Positions 57,030-64,000 of a DNA stretch of 64,000 nt are shown here, piece after piece. A model generated the notes under the pieces. The model was not told where the DNA came from. It did not search any database and was given only the letters and a program-made list of their open reading frames with translations. Location: NCBI RefSeq assembly GCF_032444005.1, contig NC_091290.1, positions 35,960,001 to 36,024,000 of the forward strand, read 5' to 3'. Numbering within the stretch: the stretch's first letter is position 1; each line of letters starts with the position of its first letter. The translations under genes were made by a program, and so were the position numbers. This DNA is from Ranitomeya imitator (taxonomy: Eukaryota).

Positions 57030-59114
57030 ATGGAGTTCCCGGATCACAGCCGTCGCATACTGCACAGCCTTCGAGACCAACAGTCCCAAGGTTTTCTTTG
57101 CGATTGTCAAGTGTCAGTTGGCACCGCTCGCTTCCTCGCCCACCGTTCAGTCCTGGCATCATGCAGTCCTTTTTTCCACATGTCGTGCAGGGAGCGACCA
57201 GACATGCAAGAACTCACGCTCAACAATCAAATTGTCACAGCGCCAGCGTTTTCTTTGCTCCTCAGCTTTATGTACTGCGGACGACTCAGTTTCCAAGAGG
57301 CGCCCACTGAGGATGTGCTGGCAGCTGCTAGCTACTTGCACATGGACGAAGTGGTAAGGGTGTGCAAGAAGAGGCTGCAAGGCCGAGCGCCTGCCGAAGC
57401 CGACAGCACCCGACGGGAAGAAGAGGGTGGAACCGGCTGCTTGGGCTTGGAGGACAATAATGGAGATCGGAAGCATGAGGACTTAGAGGGAGGCCAGGCG
57501 GTTGAAAAAAGTTTGCAGTATCACGGGCAAGAAAAGTCAGGAAGTGGACAGCGGGCATCTGGGGGCATCATGTACAATTTGCAGGAAGTGGCGGGGAGCA
57601 GCAGATATCAGAGGCAGGACATGGCGGGCAACAGTCAGAAGTTATTAGCAAATATAAAATGTCAGGGTCCTGAAGCATCAGGGAGAGTAGCGGCTGTTTC
57701 TAGATTTGAGGTGCAGGGCATGGCAGAGAGCGGGCAGGGGGTAATAGGCAGTTCTAGGTTTGAGCTGCACCAGGGAGCAGGTAGTAGTGAAGCCGTCACT
57801 GGTAGCGTCAAGTGTCAGGTGCAGCAAGTAACGGTGAACGGCCAGGAGGTTGCTGGGAGCTCACGATTTGAGATACAGGACATGGCGAATAGTGAAGAAA
57901 TGGAGGAGGCTGGCAGATGCTCGGTCCAGGAAGCAGTAGAGAGTACACCGATGCCGTCTAATCTGAGGTTCTCATCGCAGAATCAAGATACAGGGTCGGG
58001 TGGGCACACAGGGCTTTCTAGAAACTCCCCAAAGAGACAAGAGCCAGCTGGAAGCACGCAGGGTAATGGAAGCTCTAGATATTCTCACCTGGCACAGGAA
58101 TCTGTCGGCATTGGCACTCAGTCCTTACCGCCTTCTAGATACTCGTTGCAACCACAAGATGAAGCAGGTACGACATTGCCTTTGGTAGGAAACTCCAGAT
58201 TTGCTGTGCAAACTCAGGAGTCCAGTGGAAGCACGATGGCAGTGCAAGGTACGGTTAGATATTCGCTTCAGAGTCCGGATTTGGCAGGCAACAGTTTAGC
58301 ACAGTCCATAACGTCGAGATTTGCCTTACAAGAACCCATGCGTGGCAGATATAATTTGCAAATTCAGGAGCCAACAGCTAGCACAGCCGCACCTCCCGGC
58401 ACATCAAGATGCTTTTTACAAAGCCCAGAGTCCGCTACAAACGCTCTAGTACTGCCAGGAACATCAAGATATACTTTGCATAGTCCAGAGTCTCCTGCTG
58501 CCAAAAAGGAAGAAAGAGAATGCACCAAATCGGAGTTGACAGTCACCACCACTACTCAGCCGGGCATGGAAATTGCAGCTGCACCAAGCCCATGTAGCTC
58601 CACCGTTAGCGAGGGCCAACCGGGCTCTGCCGTGTCCGTAAAGATAGAGGCCATTGTAATATCTGACGAAGAGTGCGAGAGGGCAGTTGCGACTTTTAAG
58701 AGGCACGAATATGATGAAGAGGAAGAAGGTGAAGAAGAATCTGGGTATGTGCCTTACCATATGATCGCCGTGCCAGGTGGGCACCATCCAAGCTATGGAG
58801 GCATATTGCCTCCTTCCATGCACCCAGAGGGCATGTACTTGCAGGATTTTGAAGGACATCCCGGTTTTCCGCTTTTCCCTGAAGACGTGCCCACTTGTAA
58901 AACTTGCGGAAAAACCTTCTCTTGTTCATACACCCTTCGTCGGCATGCCACAGTTCACACACGAGAGCGTCCCTACGAGTGTCGTTACTGCTTGCGCAGT
59001 TATACACAGAGTGGAGACTTGTATAGACATATCCGCAAGGCACACAGTCAACAGGAACCTGGCGCCAAAAAAGCTAAGGGGGACATGGAACCTACTCCCC
59101 CAAACTTGCCTTAA
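57030..59114 (+). CDS. ZBTB3: ZBTB3, BTB/POZ plus two C2H2 zinc fingers, 694 aa, single coding exon
   Basis: MEFPDHS..GFLCDC BTB domain, RAPAEADST motif, [34 protein letters not shown] and [22 protein letters not shown] fingers; acceptor ttttccatag just before CCATGG. Confidence 0.95.
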   Translation: MEFPDHSRRILHSLRDQQSQGFLCDCQVSVGTARFLAHRSVLASCSPFFHMSCRERPDMQELTLNNQIVTAPAFSLLLSFMYCGRLSFQEAPTEDVLAAASYLHMDEVVRVCKKRLQGRAPAEADSTRREEEGGTGCLGLEDNNGDRKHEDLEGGQAVEKSLQYHGQEKSGSGQRASGGIMYNLQEVAGSSRYQRQDMAGNSQKLLANIKCQGPEASGRVAAVSRFEVQGMAESGQGVIGSSRFELHQGAGSSEAVTGSVKCQVQQVTVNGQEVAGSSRFEIQDMANSEEMEEAGRCSVQEAVESTPMPSNLRFSSQNQDTGSGGHTGLSRNSPKRQEPAGSTQGNGSSRYSHLAQESVGIGTQSLPPSRYSLQPQDEAGTTLPLVGNSRFAVQTQESSGSTMAVQGTVRYSLQSPDLAGNSLAQSITSRFALQEPMRGRYNLQIQEPTASTAAPPGTSRCFLQSPESATNALVLPGTSRYTLHSPESPAAKKEERECTKSELTVTTTTQPGMEIAAAPSPCSSTVSEGQPGSAVSVKIEAIVISDEECERAVATFKRHEYDEEEEGEEESGYVPYHMIAVPGGHHPSYGGILPPSMHPEGMYLQDFEGHPGFPLFPEDVPTCKTCGKTFSCSYTLRRHATVHTRERPYECRYCLRSYTQSGDLYRHIRKAHSQQEPGAKKAKGDMEPTPPNLP

Positions 59115-59899
59115 AAACTGTGCTTTGGACTCGTTGGCAGAGCGGTGTCCTGTGTGCACCAGGCGAACTCCAGATCTCCTTTAATTTCCCTACAGAAGTT
59201 TTTAATCGTTTTAATATGTTGACAGTAATATTGTGGATTTTTTTTTTTTCCAGAACTGATCAGAGCCTGGAACTTTCTAATTACAGTAACGAAAGAAAGA
59301 TCGTTATTAAAATATTGTTATACATCAGCGTACTGGATTTTTAAATTAATATTGTGTTCTGAAAAAGATTGCAACCGTCGCATAATGCCGTGCGCTGCTC
59401 TGTGCTCATATTCTGGTCTGTGAGTGGTGTCCTTTACACGAGTACCCGACGATGCGTCATTAAACAGTGTCTCCTAATGAGAAAAGATTGGTGTGTGTGT
59501 TACATTGTTTCCGGGAAAAGTCAAATATATACACCAGGTTGACTCTTAAAGGGGTTGTCCTGCTTTAGACTCTGTCACTGCAGACTCGTGAATCCGGCCC
59601 CCCTCACCATGCCGTCTGCCGTTAGTGTTATTTGTGATGCGATGGCTGGTGGTGCAAAGCTCACTGACACTAGTCCAGGAGCCACCGGTGTAACAAGTCC
59701 GTTCATGACCTTTCTTACCACCTAAATCTTTCCCCCATCGACTATGAGAGATATTTTTGAAGCTGCAGCAGCAACTCAGCCACGAAGTGGAGACCATGTA
59801 ATGCTACAGAGCAGAGGGCAGAAAAGTCACCAACGCTCTGCTGACTATAAACAAAGTCCAAACCTCCTCTGGTATAACATCAGCACCAAGACTGCCCCC

Positions 59900-60520
59900 A
59901 CCTGGAGCTTCATGGCTGAGCAGCTGAATACAGCCTTACATCACCAAGCACAATGCCGAGCGTCAAATGGAGTGGTGTAAAGCCGGACCCTGGAGCAGTG
60001 GAAGCGAGTTCTGTGCAGTGATAGATTACACGACTATCTGGCAGGCTGATAGGAGAGTCTGGATTTGGTGAATGTCAGAAGATAGTTACCCACCTGACTG
60101 CATTGTCCCAGATGTAATGAGGGATAATGCTATGGAGGTTTTTTTTAGGGGGGGGGGGTTGATCATTTTAGTTCCAGTGAAGAGAAATCTTAATGCTTCA
60201 GCATAAGAGACATTTTGGATAAGGTTATTGCTCCAACATTATGGGAACAATTTGGAGAAGGTCCTTTCTTGTTCCCTATGACTGTACCCCTTGCACAAAG
60301 CGAGGGCTGGTGAGGAAGAAAATGACCGGCCAAACTAAACCCTTATCGTAACCCCATCCAACACCTTAAGGATGAACGAGATCGGAGATTGTTATCCCGG
60401 CCTCTCCTCCAACATCAGTGTCTAATCTCAGAAATTATCTTCTGGATGGGTGGACAATATTTCCCAAATCTTGCAGAAATCCTTGTCAGAACAGTGAAAA
60501 CTGTTGCATCTGCAATGTAA
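59900..60520 (+). pseudogene. Degraded Tc1-like transposase remnant
   Basis: Fragments resembling KPYITK.NA..R.EWC, QWKRVL.SD, HKA and NPI.HL.DE, with many frameshifts. Confidence 0.6.
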
Positions 60521-62083
60521 ACCACTCCCGGTTATATCCATTTACTTTTATGGATGTAGAATGGGGCATCTATAATGTTTAGAAATAAATCTACAAAATG
60601 TAAAAGTTCTAAATGACCATGGATGTAATGGAAAACACTTTATTTTTTTATTCTATTTTTACCATTAATATTGTACATCAAAGCATTAAAAAGTTAGATA
60701 TTTTGCGATATGTTTAAATCTGTAAAATGTATTAAAGCAAAATTGATGGCATTAAGGAAAGTTTACGTAGTTCAAAAACAAGAGCCCTGTGGGTTTTCTG
60801 GTTGTTACATGATGCATATCACCTTTTTGCAGTGGAATGATGCATCTAATACATTGTATGTTCCCCCAGTAGCAATGCTCCTAGAAGTTGTGAAAGAAAC
60901 CTTAGTATTGCTCCATATCAAAAAGGTATTGGCCTGTGCAAATATTATGCGTAATACCTAAGGATTGGATTACGCAGCATCAGCCTGTACAGAGAAGCTG
61001 CTGGCCGGTGCTGCGGGCGGCATGGACTCAGATTTATTTGCTTGCCCTGATTATTTGCAAAAATTAACCCTTTTCTTTGAAGTTTGGTCCAAAATCACTA
61101 GATTGACAGATGCCGATTTTGATTATGCACATGATGGAGCCACTTAAAAAAAAATTTCCTTCTTCTGCCACTATTTACTGGACGAGGTGTATCCAGGTCT
61201 GTTTTTCCCATTCTGATCGTTTTTGCATGTTTATAACGACTTTCCTCTGTACAAGGTTATTGATTAATACTCCAGACCGGAGTAAAAAACAAATTGCAAA
61301 TGTCCCTCTGCCTTTACCTAGAGAGTTGTAAACCTGTAGGTTCATACTAGTTTAATGTTCCAGACCTTTATAAAGTCCATTTCTTCACCCTTTCCAAGTA
61401 CAGGAAGGCTTTTCTCACCTTGTAAGAAATTCTGAAGATATTTCAGGCCTGTAGGATGACAGGACTAGGCGACTATGACTAGACACAGTATAGGACCATC
61501 CCGATTTGGGTGCACCTTGACGCGGTGGGATGACCTTCACACTTTTTTTTTTATCAGTGTTTAATAAGTCCCTTATGTTATTTCTATGCACTATTACTTT
61601 TTACAGCAGGGTTTATGCTCCTGTTGTTTATATCTTAGGTTTTCACTATGAACAGTGTCAGGATTATCCGTTTTTTTGGCAAATCCTTTTTTTCTCCTAG
61701 CTTTATATAAAAAGTCCTGTAAATGATTGCTAATGTCAATACCCTTCCAAAAAAAACCAAGCAGAGGCATCACCCTCACAGTATCTCTATATACATTGCA
61801 CTGATAAATAAGAACCATATTTTCACGAAGATCTCCTCTTCTGTCCAAGTAGCCGAAAGTGGAGTAACTTTGCCATTTCTCCTTGTGCCGTTACAAGCAT
61901 CCGCAGTATGAGACTAGTAACACATCTGTAAGGATTGTTGTTCCTCTCTCCTAAATACCGCTGCTCCTCGTCACCGTCCCCGCCAGAGGTTACGACACCA
62001 TGTAGATCCGCTCAGCCAGGACTCGCCAGTCTACAAAAAGCGACTTCTACAATGTGCTATTGGATGAGCGCGCAAAGAAGCCC

Positions 62084-62243
62084 TCAGCCGAACACTTCAT
62101 GCGATCGGTAGGACACATACAGAAAGCCATCCTGGTCCCGCTGTCCTGTGTAAGCCTCCAGCATGGTCATTGACAGACATGCCATTTGACGTTCATTGAT
62201 CATTACACAGAGAGAATGCGATGGCGGCAAGGAGAGTCTGCAC
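62084..62243 (-). CDS. Last coding exon of a divergent MAP1LC3/ATG8-family gene: (R)CRLSLPPSHSLCVMINERQMACLSMTMLEAYTGQRDQDGFLYVSYRSHEVFG-stop; upstream exons not found in the window
   Basis: Pyrimidine tract plus cacag acceptor in the same phase and position as the last LC3B intron; 52 codons to Gly, as in LC3B residues 69-120; RL.L, N, M, DxDGFLY and E.FG motifs conserved. Confidence 0.85.
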
Positions 62244-63092
62244 CTGTGTGAAGGACAAGGGCTGTTAGCACAAATGCAATGAGAGCGGACTTCTCACATA
62301 GGGAATTATTGATGAAGATTGTCCAGATATTAAAAGCAATCAGATGGCACCATAATGTAGAAGCAGAGACCCTGATTCCTGCAGTGTGTCACTTACTTGA
62401 CTTGGTTTTGCTGTTTTAATACAATCACTGTTGTATCAGCAGGGGATTATCACTACTGGACTAGTTGTCTCGTGCTTCCTAGTCCAACCACGCCCTCACT
62501 GATTACCAGCTTTTTATCAATGTACAGTGTACACAGCTACCAATCGGTGTGGGCGGGGTTATACAGAGCTCAGCATTCTGAGGTCTGCAGCAGAGAAAAC
62601 TGACCATCACAACTGCTGCACCCAGTAACCGCTGGGATCAAAATCTCTGCCCCTACATCATGCTGCTGACAAATTCCCTTTAATGACTAATATATACAGT
62701 ATCTTTCCTATATGGAACCCAATGCACTGTGCAAAACAAAACAAATAACAAAAGCCTGTGGATGGCGCCCTATGCATTAGGTTCATTTCCAATTTCTGCC
62801 TCATTCCAATAGACCTCAAGATTGTTAACTTTTTTTTTATTCAAAAAAAAAAAAAAAAAATATTATTTATAAAGTGTTTTGCAGATGCAGGGAAAGAATC
62901 CGAGTCATTTAACTTATTGTTCATTAGTTGTTTTTTTTTTTTTGCGGCTGCATAAAATAAATAATTCGTGAAGGCTTCAGAGCGGAACTAAAGGTGGTCA
63001 TAAAACATTAGATGTGGTTTGTCCTTACCAAACAAACCCAATAAAACTGACACATTAGATAGCTGATGGATAAATCTTTGTTCACTCGACAG

Positions 63093-63323
63093 TAGTGATA
63101 AGCAAGCGTGTACGGATCACGTGTTATCTGAGCATGCTCGAGTGTTATTCCACTATCTAGGGCGTGCTCGGACATTATGTTCCGAGTCCCCGCTGCTGCA
63201 TGTCTCGCGGCTATGAGACAGTCACAACACATGCAGGGATTGTCTAACAAACTGGTAAACAGCCGCGACACATGCAGCCGCAGGGACTGGAACATAGTAT
63301 CCGAGCACGTTCACTCATCACTA
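63093..63323. mobile_element. Short non-autonomous element with TAGTGAT.AGC-type ends (related fragment at ~48043-48240)
   Basis: TAGTGATAAGCAAG ... TTCACTCATCACTA imperfect inverted ends. Confidence 0.45.
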
Positions 63324-64000
63324 CTACACCGCCATCTCCCCAACCTCCTCATATACATGAACGCTCGTCCCAGTCAGCAACTTAGCACCGCACAAAAGGA
63401 TGAGCGGATGAAATGCAACACTCCAGTCTCTCCCCAGAGATCATCTTTCGGGGTAGAGTCGGGAGGCCCCTATACATATTAGATGGGTAAGCGGTACCGC
63501 CAACACTGTCTAATGTGAGTTGGGCCTTGTAGGGGTTTGTCTCAACATCAATAACAATTAAAATTGCAAAATGCTTGTAACAGCACAGTGCAACAATGCA
63601 GCAGTTCTGTTTATCATTCTGGGATTTGTGGTACCCCCGAGGCAGGGAGTTTATAGGTCAAATCCTCACATTATTATCTCATTACCTCCCTGCTCTGACC
63701 ATTGGGCAGGGCCTTACACCATTTAAACCTTGGCTTCCAGTGCCAGTTATCAGTTCCACCTTCCCTGGTTCATTCTTGGCTCTCCTTTCCTGCTTAGCTA
63801 ATCTGAGTTCTGACTTCTGCTGGGGTTCTACTGCCTGATAATTATCTTTCCAATTCTGACTTTTTGGTACGGAGCTGGCTATGACCAGTCTCTGCACACT
63901 CGCTCCACCGACCAGCAGCTACTCCATTGACTCAACCCAGGGATCCCTGAACAAATCATGAAAAGTGTATAGGTGTACCGTGGAGGGTTAAAGGGTGGAG

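Noticed and set aside
61810-62030. Possible extra minus-strand exons (e.g. WRVLAERIYMVS-stop) or the end of TTC9C
   Set aside because: No TTC9C-like sequence was recognised, and the region lies just after the LC3-like stop codon, so it is most simply its 3' UTR.
63577-64000. Possible start of an LTR (TGTAAC...) or upstream LC3-like exon
   Set aside because: No second LTR, internal ORF or KFLV-type motif is visible within the window.

Overview
Vertebrate genomic DNA, inferred to be a repeat-rich frog because it carries an amphibian/fish-type C3H-4 gene and anuran-style MITEs, DIRS, Helitron and V-SINE; the species was not verified. Five host genes can be rebuilt by hand from splice sites. TAF6L (minus) has 5 coding exons here and continues off the left edge. 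ZFP36L4/C3H-4 (minus) is a four-CCCH maternal tristetraprolin-family gene with 2 exons. POLR2G/RPB7 (minus) is complete, with 8 exons and 172 aa. ZBTB3 (plus) is 694 aa with an expanded linker of 18-20-aa SR[YF] repeats. The fifth is the last exon of a divergent LC3/ATG8-family gene (minus, 62084-62243) that the ORF track misses and that ends directly in the conjugation glycine. The ZBTB3-POLR2G-TAF6L order and orientation match human 11q12.3 as I recall it; C3H-4 and the LC3-like gene are extra. Much of the rest is transposons and minisatellites. These include a structurally complete DIRS retrotransposon inside a ~9.8 kb nested stack in a TAF6L intron, a young chromodomain Gypsy element with a candidate self-priming PBS in POLR2G intron 5, an intact DD34E Tc1, a deleted DD41D (rosa/Visitor) transposon, a Helitron with two opposed 3' ends, a hAT element and many MITEs. 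There are two assembly gaps (5606-5750, 15053-15217). All calls come from manual reading and recalled family knowledge; no searches were run.
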